A DNA stretch of 64,000 bases, taken from positions 704,001 to 768,000 of the forward strand of contig OZ244621.1 of the NCBI GenBank assembly GCA_965218425.1, given 5' to 3'. The position numbers and the translations under genes were made by a program. Source of the DNA: an uncultured Candidatus Binatia bacterium (GTDB taxonomy: Bacteria; Desulfobacterota; Binatia; UBA9968; CAXXLF01). This document shows, piece by piece, positions 1 through 10,741 of the stretch (positions are counted from its first letter, which is position 1; every line of letters starts with the position of its first letter). Below the pieces are notes generated by a model. It was not told where the DNA came from and did not search any database. It was given only the letters and a program-made list of their open reading frames with translations.

Positions 1-1137
1 GCATCCCAGATGCGGCAAGTCGCCATTCTTTATCAGGTGTATCAACTTTCCGGGTCTTCCATAAAGCTGGGCCTAACAGGTTTTTTTCAGTCTCTCCCCT
101 TTATCATCTTCGGACTTGTGGGCGGAATCCTGGCCGATGTCGTTGATAGAAAAAAGCTCATTATGTCCGCTCAGCTCCTTAACCTGCTGCCTGCCTTCGC
201 CCTAGGAGCCTTGACCATCAGCGGTAGAGTTCAGGTTTGGCATATCTACGTTTTCACCGTGTTGACTTCTCTGGTACAGGTGTTTGGCCAACCTGCCCGT
301 ATGGCTCTCATCCCGGGCTTGGTGCCTCGAACCCACCTGATGAATGCGGTGACACTCAACACCCTGACCCACCAGGCTAGTCTGCTCTTTGGCCCTGCAC
401 TGGCGGGGTTATTCATCGATCGCATCGGACTGGAACACACTTATTTCCTCAGCGCCGCCCTATTCGCCCCGGCCATTTTCGCCGTCATGGGCATCAAGGC
501 TCCCGGTAGACCCGCCGGAGCCCGTCGCAAGATTGGGCTTCAGAACGCAGTTGAGGGAGTACGCTTTATCTGGGTCCAGCGAATTATACTTTCACTACTG
601 CTCTTGGACTTCGGAACTATTCTGGTGGGATTCTATCAACCCTTGCTCCCCATTTTTGCCATCGACGTGTTTCGGGTAGGTGCCAGCGGCTTGGGGCTTT
701 TATACTCCGCACCCGCCATAGGCCTATTGTTGGGTTCGGCATCGCTGCTATTGCTGGGGGACATCAAGAGGAAAGGAGCCATTGCAGTGGTCGCTGCGCT
801 CCTGTTCGCGGGGAACCTGGGACTGTTGGGGTCCGCGCCGTGGTTCTGGTTGGGGCTAATGGCCGTTGGAGCGCTAGGTTTTACCGACGCCATCAGCGTG
901 ACCATGCGACGCACTGTAGTGCAACTTCTGGCACCCGACAACATGCGGGGCCGGGCATCCAGTCTTATTACCGTCTTTGCTCAGGGGGCAAATGCCATGG
1001 GGGCCCTGATCGCAGGCACCGCTGCGGCCTTTTTAGGAGCACCCAAAGCCTTGATGTTGGGAAGCGTACTTTGCGTCATCGTAATTTTTAGCATCAGCCG
1101 TGCTATTCCCCAGCTATGGCTCTACCGCTCGGAATAA
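1..1137 (+). CDS. MFS transporter (EntS/DHA3-like); frame open from the window edge, probably 5'-truncated
   Basis: Many hydrophobic TM segments, GILADVVDRKK motif A, C-terminal APDNMRGRASS. Confidence 0.9.
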   Translation, partial: ASQMRQVAILYQVYQLSGSSIKLGLTGFFQSLPFIIFGLVGGILADVVDRKKLIMSAQLLNLLPAFALGALTISGRVQVWHIYVFTVLTSLVQVFGQPARMALIPGLVPRTHLMNAVTLNTLTHQASLLFGPALAGLFIDRIGLEHTYFLSAALFAPAIFAVMGIKAPGRPAGARRKIGLQNAVEGVRFIWVQRIILSLLLLDFGTILVGFYQPLLPIFAIDVFRVGASGLGLLYSAPAIGLLLGSASLLLLGDIKRKGAIAVVAALLFAGNLGLLGSAPWFWLGLMAVGALGFTDAISVTMRRTVVQLLAPDNMRGRASSLITVFAQGANAMGALIAGTAAAFLGAPKALMLGSVLCVIVIFSISRAIPQLWLYRSE

Positions 1138-1159
1138 CCTCCCCCCAAGAAAGTTTGTC

Positions 1160-1410
1160 TCGCCAAGACGCCAGGGGAACCAGTAGGCAAAAAGCAGCTA
1201 GCAGAAAACCGTGAAACCAGCGCTAAGCGTTCAGTTTAGGGTGTGGAGAGTAGGGTATAGGGTTCGAACTTCAGCTCTTCATACTCCCTACACCCTGCAC
1301 CATTTCTTAATCCCCACCCAGCCCTCCGCACTCGTTGTTTGTCACTGATTGGTCGCCTTGCGCCATGCGCTTTGCTGCTTAGGCTCAGCACTCGCTACTC
1401 AGTACTTAGT
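1160..1410. repeat. Intergenic low-complexity inverted/heptamer-like repeats between convergent genes
   Basis: gtagggtatagggt pairs with ctccctacaccct; ctcagcactcgctactcagtact; cgccaagacgcca. Confidence 0.45.
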
Positions 1411-1417
1411 CTGCCTT

Positions 1418-2848
1418 CTAGGGCAGACCGAAGTCACCCCAGCGAGCCGCTATCTTTGCCATGTATTCCCTGCTTGACTTATTAATGGGTGGAAGGGTCT
1501 CAAACTTAAATTTGAAACTTGCATTGATGCCAGTGGGATCAGGGATATCGTTATCGATATCCATCATGGCATTTCTTCCGCCCCTTGGCCGTACATCTTG
1601 CTCTGACTGGCGGATCGCCTTGCCCTTGAATATATCCTGGTCGTTACGAACACCGGTCACGACCCGCCACATGACATCGTTCCAGTTGCGCAAATCACAG
1701 TCGTCGTCTACCAGAATCACCCAGCGGTTAGGGGCAATGGCCCAGGCCGTCTCAATGATCCGCTTTGGCTCCTCTGGGTCCTTGACATCGGCAGCAATGA
1801 TGGCACCACCCCAACTCCGTCCGCCCAACTCCGGAAAGTAGGCTTCTTTTACGTTCTCCATGCCCTTTTCGCCCTGCAGGCGTGCCTGGAAGGCGCCCGA
1901 GCGGAACAGCCACCTGGGGTAGTCTTCTTCCAATAGACAAATGATTCCGTAAGTAATCGGGTCCTTTCGGTGCGTAATGCAGCTAACCTTCATGGGAAAG
2001 GCATCGAGGTTTTGTCCATAAAATCCTCCCGCCTCCCCATGGGGACCCTCCACCATACGAGCATTTACCGCAATCTCTCCCTCAATCACATATTCCGCTT
2101 GGGCTGGCACTAGTAGATCGTTGGTTTCGCATTTCACCAACTCCGTTGGGCTTCTCCTCCACGCTCCCGCCGCTTCGTACTCCATGTTCCCTTGAGCATC
2201 CACATACACCGGACTCCCGGAAGCAAGAGTGAGCAGCGGATCCATTCCCATAACCACGGCAATAGGGGTAGGCTGTCCCTTTTTTTCGTTCCGGATAATA
2301 TCTCTATGAAGTTGACCAGAAACTGTCATGGTATTTTTATCTACGATCATGCAACGGTAGGTCCCCATATTCAAAATGCCGGTGTCCGGGTCGCGGGTGA
2401 TCACACCTGCAGAGGTGCCGAGATACTGCCCGCCGTCAAGCTCATGCCACCAAGGCGTCGGAATCTCCAGCAGGTCCACGTCGCCTCCCAAGCAGATCTC
2501 TTCTTTGCAGGGACCGGTTTGCACCGTCACGGAAGGAAGCCGATGATTGTGGCCATCTACAATGGCGGCATAGATCTTGTCGGGATCGGGATGGGTGTTG
2601 AAGGCTATGGCAAGCTGCTCCACAGAATAGATGATGTTACTCACCAAGGGTTTACCTTCATAGCCCTTGATATTATCAAAGACCAGTCCGGGACCTTTTC
2701 GCTCCATGGCACGTGTACAGATAGCACCGATCTCGTGCTTCAGTTCCACCGGTGCCTTAATGTGGGTCAGCAATCCAGCTTTATCGAGAAGCTGGAGGTA
2801 CTCCCTGAGATCACGGTAGCCTACTTTCTGTCTTTCCAATGTTGCCAT
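1418..2848 (-). CDS. UbiD family (prFMN-dependent) decarboxylase
   Basis: YRDLREYL start, NMGTYRCM, EGPHGE catalytic motif, ILVDDDCD. Confidence 0.9.
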   Translation of the reverse strand: MATLERQKVGYRDLREYLQLLDKAGLLTHIKAPVELKHEIGAICTRAMERKGPGLVFDNIKGYEGKPLVSNIIYSVEQLAIAFNTHPDPDKIYAAIVDGHNHRLPSVTVQTGPCKEEICLGGDVDLLEIPTPWWHELDGGQYLGTSAGVITRDPDTGILNMGTYRCMIVDKNTMTVSGQLHRDIIRNEKKGQPTPIAVVMGMDPLLTLASGSPVYVDAQGNMEYEAAGAWRRSPTELVKCETNDLLVPAQAEYVIEGEIAVNARMVEGPHGEAGGFYGQNLDAFPMKVSCITHRKDPITYGIICLLEEDYPRWLFRSGAFQARLQGEKGMENVKEAYFPELGGRSWGGAIIAADVKDPEEPKRIIETAWAIAPNRWVILVDDDCDLRNWNDVMWRVVTGVRNDQDIFKGKAIRQSEQDVRPRGGRNAMMDIDNDIPDPTGINASFKFKFETLPPINKSSREYMAKIAARWGDFGLP

Positions 2849-2903
2849 TTCCTGCTCCTTTCAGAACCCAACCTTAAACAATCATGAAACCCTCGTTACG
2901 AGG

Positions 2904-3251
2904 TTAATCCGCTGCGGGCGACATCTCAGAAACCACACGACCTAGCAACGGTGAAGTGTCTCTGAGCCTTAAAATCTGTATACGCAACGTATCTTCCGTA
3001 ACCATCCGAGTATGGCAACTGACGCGAGTATTACCCACCTGCACTTCTACCTCCGAATGTTCGATCATATTTTGCGTCCGGTGCTTGTTCTCGATGCTGG
3101 CGGTCGTGGCATAGAACTTGCCGTCGAAATAGATCAGGTTGATCTCTACTGTCCTGGGCAACCCCGTCCGTTTCCCTCTGGTGGTAAGTGTTCCTACAAA
3201 GACAGATGGATCTCCTAGCTCCATGGAAATCGAAGAATGGCCCGGACTCAT
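2904..3251 (-). CDS. Ddn-like deazaflavin (F420)-dependent nitroreductase family protein
   Basis: LTTRGKRTGLPRTV motif, small split-barrel size. Confidence 0.7.
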   Translation of the reverse strand: MSPGHSSISMELGDPSVFVGTLTTRGKRTGLPRTVEINLIYFDGKFYATTASIENKHRTQNMIEHSEVEVQVGNTRVSCHTRMVTEDTLRIQILRLRDTSPLLGRVVSEMSPAAD

Positions 3252-4993
3252 ATATGCCTTATTCCCACTTGCAATCCGAATCTCCGCGCGACCAAAGCTA
3301 CCCCTGCCGTTAGAACCACGATCACAAGGCTGACGATCCCGGCACCCTCCAGGTCCGCGCCGTCGGAACGGGACATGAGTTCCAGGGCAAGGATGGACAG
3401 GGTTTTCGTGCCACGCTCGGCGAGCAAGATGATGCTAGAGGTCGTACCGGCGGCAATAACGAAATTGAAAACGCCGATGAGAACAAGGGTCGGCATGAGC
3501 AGAGGGACCCAGATCCTGAAATAGGTGGACCACCACCCGGAGCCCAACACCCGGGCGGCTTCTTCCATGTCGGATCCCATTTGTAGATAAACCCCCTTGA
3601 TGAGCTGGGTGCTGGTGAGCTTGCCCTGTAAAATCACAACCAGCACCAGGGCATACATGGTTCCGTAGAGTGGCGTCAGAATGGGCGTTCCCAGGAAGAG
3701 CCACAATAGCCCAAGGCCCGAAAGGATGCCGGGCATGGCGGTGGACATCCATAACAGTGAGTCCAATACGGTTCGTCCGCGCCACTGGGTGCGCACCAAT
3801 ACGTATCCCACAAGGGAAAAGAGAACCGGGCTCACCACCGCCGTGGAGAGGCTGAGCACGAATGTGTTTATCAGCGAGCTGAGGAAAAAATGATCCGTCA
3901 GGACTTCCTGGTAATGGCGCAGGGTAAAGAGGGGCTTGCTGGTAAACCACCCCACTCGGGTCATGAAACTCCCCCCAATGAGCGTCAATACGGGTACAAT
4001 GGTTAAAAGCGCTACGATTGATACGACCATCGCTTGCACAAGCCGCCGCCACGGCCCGAGATGGATGAGTCCAGGTTTGAACCGGCCCGTGACTACTGTA
4101 TAGCGCTTGCGTGAAATCAGCCACCGCTGGGTCGGTACGATAATCGCGATAATCGCAAGAACAATACTCGCCAGAGCCGTGGCCGCACCATAGTTGGGCG
4201 GGTCGAAGAATCGCACGAACTGGAAGATCTTGGTTGAGTATACGTAGAAGTTGATGGGGGTGCCGAGGATCTGCTCAGTTTCAAAGGATTGAAAGACGCG
4301 CACGAGAGAGAGCATGAAGACCAAGATGATTGGAGGGACCATCACGGGAAAGGTGACCCGGATCATAGTCTGAAAATTGCTCGCGCCGGCTGTCCGACTT
4401 GCCTCTTCAAGGGCGCTATCCATGTTCCTGAACGCAGGTGTCAAAAGCATCACAGTGCCTGAAATGGTATTGGCCATTAAATGGGTCCAGATAATCCCGC
4501 CAACGCTGTAGATGTTAAAGGGGCTATCTTCCACGAAGGGGAGAAACCCCACGAGTCTGTTCAAGAGCCCCACGTCCGGATCTAGGAGGAATACCCACCC
4601 CACAGTGGTGGATATACTGGGCAGCATAAATGACAGCCAGAACATGAACTCAAGCCCGCGGCTACTTGGAATATCGGTACGGGCCAAAGTCCAGGCAATG
4701 AGAACGCCAACGGGAAAGCCGATCCCCGTATAGGCAAAATAGACCACAAAAGTGTTACCAAGTGCTCTTAGGATGTCCGGCTGGGAAAAGGCAAAGATCC
4801 AGTTCTCCAGGGACCAGACCGCCGGCTGCCCCGCCGCTGCGACATTGAAGCTGTTCACCAGCACTACGGCAATGGGCGCAAAGATCCAAAATCCGAAGCC
4901 GACAATCATCACGGCCATCACGAAGGTAGCCGTACTGATCCAGGACGGCGACGATGGCCAGGGGGTCGCCTGTGCCGACAATGCTTTAGCCAT
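3248..4993 (-). CDS. ABC transporter permease (FbpB/ThiP type, two modules)
   Basis: Two EAA loops (LEEASRTAGA, MEEAARVLG) and many TM helices. Confidence 0.92.
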   Translation of the reverse strand: MAKALSAQATPWPSSPSWISTATFVMAVMIVGFGFWIFAPIAVVLVNSFNVAAAGQPAVWSLENWIFAFSQPDILRALGNTFVVYFAYTGIGFPVGVLIAWTLARTDIPSSRGLEFMFWLSFMLPSISTTVGWVFLLDPDVGLLNRLVGFLPFVEDSPFNIYSVGGIIWTHLMANTISGTVMLLTPAFRNMDSALEEASRTAGASNFQTMIRVTFPVMVPPIILVFMLSLVRVFQSFETEQILGTPINFYVYSTKIFQFVRFFDPPNYGAATALASIVLAIIAIIVPTQRWLISRKRYTVVTGRFKPGLIHLGPWRRLVQAMVVSIVALLTIVPVLTLIGGSFMTRVGWFTSKPLFTLRHYQEVLTDHFFLSSLINTFVLSLSTAVVSPVLFSLVGYVLVRTQWRGRTVLDSLLWMSTAMPGILSGLGLLWLFLGTPILTPLYGTMYALVLVVILQGKLTSTQLIKGVYLQMGSDMEEAARVLGSGWWSTYFRIWVPLLMPTLVLIGVFNFVIAAGTTSSIILLAERGTKTLSILALELMSRSDGADLEGAGIVSLVIVVLTAGVALVARRFGLQVGIRHI

Positions 4994-5031
4994 TGTGAAA
5001 CCTCAACACAATCTGTGCTCCAAAGTTGTTA

Positions 5032-6156
5032 TTACTTGCCAACAGACGCAAGCGCTTTTCGGGTTACGCTCATGGCCTGGGCGAGAAGCTCCTGGTAGTC
5101 TCTCTGGCTGCCCATCATGAGATATTTCCTGCCCTTCTCGCGACGGTTGTCGGGAAAGACTTTATCCAGCGGCAAATCGTCACGCAGGGACTGGTCTCCA
5201 GAACCCTCCTGCATCATATTTTGCCCCGCCCGCGTCAGCCACCAGTTGGCGAAAAATTTCTGCGCGTTCGGGTGGGGAGGACGATCCAGCACATACAGCG
5301 CCCCGCCGCCGGGGCTAATTCGAGACGCTTCTTTGAGGTAGTGCGGGAAAGCGTTCTCCACCGGGTGGCCTTCTCTCTTGAGCCGACGCACTTCGTTGCC
5401 GCATGCAAAGAGGCAAAACGCATATTTGCCCAGGGCCAGCTTTTCCCCGGCCTGACGCGCGCTTCTTGTCACTGTAACATCCATTTCCGTCAGCAGTCGG
5501 CGCAACCACTCCCCGCCCAGAGACAAGTAAAAAAAGGCCGTAGAGCCGGACACCCCCACGGTGCGTGGATCCCGCATGATGATCTTGCCCTTCCACTTAG
5601 GTTTCAGCAGATCGAAGTAGGACTGGATCTCCTTTGGGTCGACTTTCTTGGTATTGTAGGTCAGGTCGGCCTTGGACGCATTACCCCGAAATCCCAGGAC
5701 GGACTCTTTCCGTGAGTCGAACCAGTGAAGCTGGTTTTTGAACCATCCCTTCGTATCGATGACCTCAGGGAAGAACAGCATGGGTTTCAAAGGCTGGATG
5801 GTACCCGTGGGTATCAGCGTAGGAATCGCAGGGTTCAATCCTCCCATCCACACGTCGAGGGTGTATCTTCCCGCCCTGCGCTCGGCGAGCACTTTTGGCG
5901 CCTGTTCCCGGGAGGACCCAGTGGAGAAAGTGACCTTGATATTGTACTTCTTCTCAAACTCCGGCATTAACTTGCCGATTCCCCTGCCGAGACCGCAACA
6001 GATAAATGCCTGCAGCTCACCTTCTTTTTGAGCCGCCTTGAGGAGTTTGTTCTGCTCCTCTTGGAATCCGCCCTGAACGGATACCGGCGAGGCGGCGATG
6101 CCTAATAGGCATACAATCGCCAGTGGTTTAAGGCTTAGAGTTATTTTGCCAATCAT
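5032..6156 (-). CDS. ABC transporter substrate-binding protein (AfuA/FbpA-like), paralogue 1
   Basis: Signal peptide, AAQKEGEL, DLLKPKWKGKI, PHPNAQKFF. Confidence 0.88.
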   Translation of the reverse strand: MIGKITLSLKPLAIVCLLGIAASPVSVQGGFQEEQNKLLKAAQKEGELQAFICCGLGRGIGKLMPEFEKKYNIKVTFSTGSSREQAPKVLAERRAGRYTLDVWMGGLNPAIPTLIPTGTIQPLKPMLFFPEVIDTKGWFKNQLHWFDSRKESVLGFRGNASKADLTYNTKKVDPKEIQSYFDLLKPKWKGKIIMRDPRTVGVSGSTAFFYLSLGGEWLRRLLTEMDVTVTRSARQAGEKLALGKYAFCLFACGNEVRRLKREGHPVENAFPHYLKEASRISPGGGALYVLDRPPHPNAQKFFANWWLTRAGQNMMQEGSGDQSLRDDLPLDKVFPDNRREKGRKYLMMGSQRDYQELLAQAMSVTRKALASVGK

Positions 6157-6241
6157 AGAGCACCTCCTACGACATCAATAAGCTATATTTAGGCTTACGC
6201 TATAACACTGAAAATTAACGAGGCAAAATAGTCGCCGGATT

Positions 6242-7366
6242 TCATTTACCGGCAGATTCCAATGCTTTACGAGCTACCTTCATGGCGTCATTTAGTATCT
6301 CGGCATAATTGTCTTGGCTGCCCAATACAATGTAGTCCTTACCCTTCTCGCGACGATTCTCCGGGTAGACGGCGTCAATGGGAATATCCTCACGAAGGGA
6401 ATGGTCGCCGGAAGCCCGCTGCATCATGATCTGCCCTTGCTTGCCCATCCACCAGTTCACAAAGAACTTCATGGCATTTGGGTTCGGCGCCTGGTCCAGC
6501 ACGTAGAGAGCTCCCCCCCCGGGGCTGACTCGAGAAGCTTCCTTCAGATAGTGCGGAAAGGCGTTTTCCACCGGATGGCCTTCCCTCTTCAACCTGCGCA
6601 CCTCTCCACCGCAGGCAAACATGCAGAATGCGTATTTACCGAGTGCCAGTTGTTCGGCTGCCTGACGGGCGCTCTTGGACAATCTGACATCCATTTCCGT
6701 GAGGAGCCTTCGTATCCACTCGTCACCGAGAGATAGATGGAAGAACGCCGTGGAGCCGGATACGCCCTGCATGCGCGGGTCACGCATAATGATCTTGCCC
6801 TTCCACTTGGGTTTCAACAGATCGAAGTAGGACTGGATCTCCTTGGGGTCCACCAGCTTTTTGTTGTAGGTGATATCTGCCTTTGCTGCGTTGCCCCGAA
6901 ATCCGAGAACGAATTTTCTTTGTGGGTCAAACCAGTGCAGGCGTTTTTGGAACCACACATTGTTGTCCAAAACCTCCGGAGAGAAAAGCAACGGCTTCAG
7001 AGGGACGATGACGCCCTGCGGTATGAACTGGGGCACGGACGGATTCAACCCCCCCATCCACACGTCCAACGTGTACCTTCCGGCTCTGCGCTCTGCGAGC
7101 ACTTTGGGTACTTGCTCACGGGAGGAGCCGGTGGAAAAGGTCACATCGATCTTGTACTTCTTTTCAAACTCGGGCATCAACTTGCCGATACCCCTGCCAA
7201 CGCCGCAACAGATAAAGGCCTGTAGCTGACCTTCCTTTTGAGCCGCCTTGAGGAATTTGCTCTGCTCCTCCTGATAACCACTTCTGGCGGGTAAAGGCAT
7301 GGCAGCAAAAGCAAAAAGAGTCATCACCGTTAGAACCGCGACCTTCAAACTAAGCTTTCGAAACAT
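6242..7366 (-). CDS. ABC transporter substrate-binding protein, paralogue 2
   Basis: Long blocks identical to 5032-6156; GGAGGAG RBS before ATG 7366. Confidence 0.88.
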   Translation of the reverse strand: MFRKLSLKVAVLTVMTLFAFAAMPLPARSGYQEEQSKFLKAAQKEGQLQAFICCGVGRGIGKLMPEFEKKYKIDVTFSTGSSREQVPKVLAERRAGRYTLDVWMGGLNPSVPQFIPQGVIVPLKPLLFSPEVLDNNVWFQKRLHWFDPQRKFVLGFRGNAAKADITYNKKLVDPKEIQSYFDLLKPKWKGKIIMRDPRMQGVSGSTAFFHLSLGDEWIRRLLTEMDVRLSKSARQAAEQLALGKYAFCMFACGGEVRRLKREGHPVENAFPHYLKEASRVSPGGGALYVLDQAPNPNAMKFFVNWWMGKQGQIMMQRASGDHSLREDIPIDAVYPENRREKGKDYIVLGSQDNYAEILNDAMKVARKALESAGK

Positions 7367-7402
7367 AGCAACTCCTCCCAATTATTTGACCGTTGTTACT
7401 TC

Positions 7403-8677
7403 TTATGCTTTCATCGGAACTTCAGCTTTTCGCGTGTGGTCTTTCCAATTCACCGTGGAGGGAATGACCTCCGAGATCACCACTAGATGCGGGAACTTGT
7501 TAAGCTTGGGATCTCGAACCACGTGAGTTGGATCTTTTCCCTCTTGAACCTCTTTCATGGCCTGCAGGATCTGTTTACGGGTCGCCACAATGGCCTTATC
7601 CGAGGAAACCACGTGTTCCTGAGTCCGGTTTTGGATCGGACCCTGGCTCTGCGTCGCATAGGCATCATGACTGGGAAAATGATGACCCAAACCAGTGTAG
7701 GTCTTTGTCTTGAGCTCTTCGCGATCCTGCATATAGCGGTTACCTTGATTGCGGATCAACTTGTAATCCGGAGTTCTGTGGGACCCCTCTCTCCCCAACA
7801 GTTGATCGCTCACCGGTTTTTCCCTGCTGAAGGAGAACACGTACTTCCAGTGATGGGTGTCGTCAATCGGCACATGCCAGTTGACTGAATAACCTGCCCC
7901 TCCGGTGGGTCCTGGAAAGGCGCTGAGGTTAGGAAGGATAAAATTCGACACCCTGAGATAGTTCTTGTCAGATCCGCTCCTCCTAAGAGTAGAAATCCTC
8001 ACCCCGAAGTCCGTGAACTCCACCTCTATGTTCGGAGCCAGGTCTTTGCCGTAAAGGGTGTTGATGGAAGAGGCGGTGCCACGAACCTGCCTGTTCCGGT
8101 CACGCTCCGTTTGCTCCAGATTGCGATGCAGGAAGGACAGGTGCACCGGGTCGATATTCCCCTCGTTGGACTGCAAGTAGTTACATTCGTGAAAGTACTT
8201 TGTGACCACCGAATAACCAGCCGGAGCGTTCAAGAACTCATAGGCCGGCAGCAGGGGGCTTTCGCCGGGGCCCAAATACGCGAATATGACCCCCGCAGCC
8301 TCCTGACACGGGTAGGCGGGGTGGCGCACTGAGTCACGGTGCTCACCCCCTCTGGATTCCCCAGGCTGATCCAGGCAGCGGCCATGAATGTCGTACAGCC
8401 AACCATGGTAGATGCACCTCAAACCGCCATCTTCCACGCGGCCATAGCTCAGGTCCGCTCCCCTGTGGGAACAATGTATCCCTAGCAGCCCGGGACGTCC
8501 CCGATCGTCCCTAAACAGGATAAGATCCTCGCCCAACAGCCTTACCGGCAACGGCGCCCCCCCAGGTGGGAGTTCCTCCGAGAGGGCCGCGGGTTGCCAG
8601 TACCGTCGCATCAGCTCACCACATGGTGTGCCAGGCATGGTCCTCGTCAGCAGATCATTGTCCTCTTGGCTAATCAT
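7403..8677 (-). CDS. Rieske non-haem iron oxygenase alpha subunit (phthalate 4,5-dioxygenase/LigXa-like)
   Basis: CSHRG...CIYHG Rieske ligands, EGNIDPVHLSFLH iron site, PGTPCGELMRRYWQP N-terminus. Confidence 0.9.
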   Translation of the reverse strand: MISQEDNDLLTRTMPGTPCGELMRRYWQPAALSEELPPGGAPLPVRLLGEDLILFRDDRGRPGLLGIHCSHRGADLSYGRVEDGGLRCIYHGWLYDIHGRCLDQPGESRGGEHRDSVRHPAYPCQEAAGVIFAYLGPGESPLLPAYEFLNAPAGYSVVTKYFHECNYLQSNEGNIDPVHLSFLHRNLEQTERDRNRQVRGTASSINTLYGKDLAPNIEVEFTDFGVRISTLRRSGSDKNYLRVSNFILPNLSAFPGPTGGAGYSVNWHVPIDDTHHWKYVFSFSREKPVSDQLLGREGSHRTPDYKLIRNQGNRYMQDREELKTKTYTGLGHHFPSHDAYATQSQGPIQNRTQEHVVSSDKAIVATRKQILQAMKEVQEGKDPTHVVRDPKLNKFPHLVVISEVIPSTVNWKDHTRKAEVPMKA

Positions 8678-8710
8678 AGTTCCCTCACTTGATTTTGGTT
8701 TCGAAAGCAC

Positions 8711-8738
8711 AAATAGCACACAGTATTAGAGTGTCAAT
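8711..8738 (-). promoter_or_regulatory. Putative sigma70 promoter of the Rieske/ABC/UbiD operon
   Basis: Minus-strand TTGACA followed by a TG-extended TATTTG-like -10. Confidence 0.45.
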
Positions 8739-9262
8739 CAAAACAATTAGGTGGCCTGCCCCAGCGGAGGGCACTCCAAGGACAAAAGATGCACTGATAG
8801 CGAACAAAAGAGCACAGGATTCAAAGTCACGGGCCGAATGAAAATTCCAGGTTGTCCTGGAACTCTTCCATTTTGCCTGATGTTAGGTTCGAATAGGGAA
8901 AGGACAAGCGCAACGTTCCTCAGCAAGAGTCATCACTAGTTAAGGGAAAAAAATTCTCAAAATTAGACGCGTCAGAGAAATCCAAAGTAAGCAGTAGGCA
9001 AACCTGAATTAAGAAGACCCAGGCGGAGGGGGTAATTTCATATTGTTTGCTGTCTTGTAATCCTTAGTCCGAATTGCTGCCAGCTGGTTTTGCTTTGTGC
9101 TTTGCGTCTTCGCTTTCGTCTTGACCCTGCGGCCCTTCCTTATTAAAAGGGAAAGGCAGTCAAAATGAGGACATTCGAGCCCCCGATGGCTTGCCTGCCC
9201 ATATCGGTCTCAAGCAGATCGAGATGGAAATTTCCTTATCATCAAGGGAAGGAGATACGGTT

Positions 9263-10210
9263 ATGATTCTGATCACAGGCGGTCTGGGTTTTATCGGCCT
9301 CCACACCGCCAGGCGATTCCTGGACGTAGGAGAGAAGGTGGTGCTCACGCAATTCCGGGTGCGTCGAGAGCCTGACTTCATCAAAGACGAGATCGGCAAG
9401 CGTGTGTTCATCGAGAGGTTGGACGTCACCAGCGCTCACGATGTCATCGACGTGGTCAGGAAGCACCAAGTAACAGGCGTCGTGCACCTGGCTGTCCCCG
9501 CCCTGGCGGCGTTGTCCGCAGCAGAGGATTATCGGGTTAACGTGATGGGATTCCTGAACATCCTGGAGGCGGCTAGGGTATCAGATGTCAAACGCGTGAC
9601 GTGGGGTAGCTCAATTTCCGTTTATGGTGGTATCCCTGAGGGCCCCTTCCACGAAGACACCCTCCTACCCGTTGAGTCCCGCAATCCCACGGAGACATTT
9701 AAGAAGGCACTGGAGATCCTGGGGGCACACTATGCCAATCGCACGGGACTCGATGTAGTGGCTATGCGAATCGGCGGTCCCTTTGGTCCGCTCTACCATA
9801 CGCTGGCCGCGGCCACGAGCCGGATCTGTCATGCAGCGGTCAAAGGTACCCCGGCGGATTTCAAAGGTACCCGCACCGGCGTGCCCCACGAGAATGATGA
9901 GGTGGGCGCGTTCTATGTCAAGGACTGTGCCACGGGAATCCAGCTTCTTCAGATGGCCGATAAGCTACCACACCGCACTTACAACATCAGCGGCGACGGT
10001 CCACATACCTACCGTGAGTTTACGGAGGCGGTCAAGAAAGTAGTTCCTGGCGCCCAAGTGGAACTCGAGCCCGGACTGGGCCCTCGGCAAAGGACCAACG
10101 CCTACATGGAAATCAACCGGATGAGAGAAGATGTGGGCTTTAAACCCGATTACGACCTGGAGCGGGGAGTTGCGGACTACATCGGGTGGCTACGAAAAAA
10201 TCCAGTCTAA
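9263..10210 (+). CDS. NAD-dependent epimerase/dehydratase family protein
   Basis: ILITGGLGFIG Rossmann motif, SSISVYG; GGAG RBS. Confidence 0.88.
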   Translation: MILITGGLGFIGLHTARRFLDVGEKVVLTQFRVRREPDFIKDEIGKRVFIERLDVTSAHDVIDVVRKHQVTGVVHLAVPALAALSAAEDYRVNVMGFLNILEAARVSDVKRVTWGSSISVYGGIPEGPFHEDTLLPVESRNPTETFKKALEILGAHYANRTGLDVVAMRIGGPFGPLYHTLAAATSRICHAAVKGTPADFKGTRTGVPHENDEVGAFYVKDCATGIQLLQMADKLPHRTYNISGDGPHTYREFTEAVKKVVPGAQVELEPGLGPRQRTNAYMEINRMREDVGFKPDYDLERGVADYIGWLRKNPV

Positions 10211-10363
10211 CCTAGACCAGTGTATGCCGTCGGCTGCAAAAGTTCTGAGAGGCCCGATTACCCGCACCACATATCGTTTCGCGCACAGGAGTAGGGAGGA
10301 ATATTCCCAAATCCCTTAACGGCTATGCCATGAGGCCGCAAGAACAAGCCCGCGGCACGGGGT

Positions 10364-10640
10364 TTACCCGGAAACAGGAAGGAAGGTTTTTCTGAGGCTA
10401 TAAATGGCGTCGTTTGCGTTGCGCAAATGACCGCTTAGTTTTCTGATGACATTCAGCATAATCTTTGTGCCGAGAGTCGGGTATTCCTGAATGAGCTTCA
10501 CGATTTCTTTTTCACCCCAAGCCAAGACTCTTGTATTCTGATCTCCCGCAGCGACGGCCGAGGCGGATCTTGGTTGTCCATCAACGCGGACATCTCTCCA
10601 AACAGCTCACCATCTTTCACTTTCCCTAAGCAGGCAGATG
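10364..10640 (-). pseudogene. Cyclic-nucleotide-binding domain remnant (frameshifted, no start)
   Basis: Manual translation LGKVKDGELFGEMSALMD/PRSASAVAA...IQEYPTLGTKIMLNVIRKLSGHLRNAN. Confidence 0.7.
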
Positions 10641-10741
10641 CGCGATAGCACTTTGGTATCCACCGGTCTCCCTCCTTGTGAACTCTAAACTCGCCGAGTC
10701 ACGCCCTGCACCCTTTTAGTGTCTCAGTTTGTGGTAATTTT

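Noticed and set aside
1255..8895. tRNA genes at GGTTCGAA motifs (1261 and 8887)
   Set aside because: Flanks do not form T-stem, acceptor stem or cloverleaf
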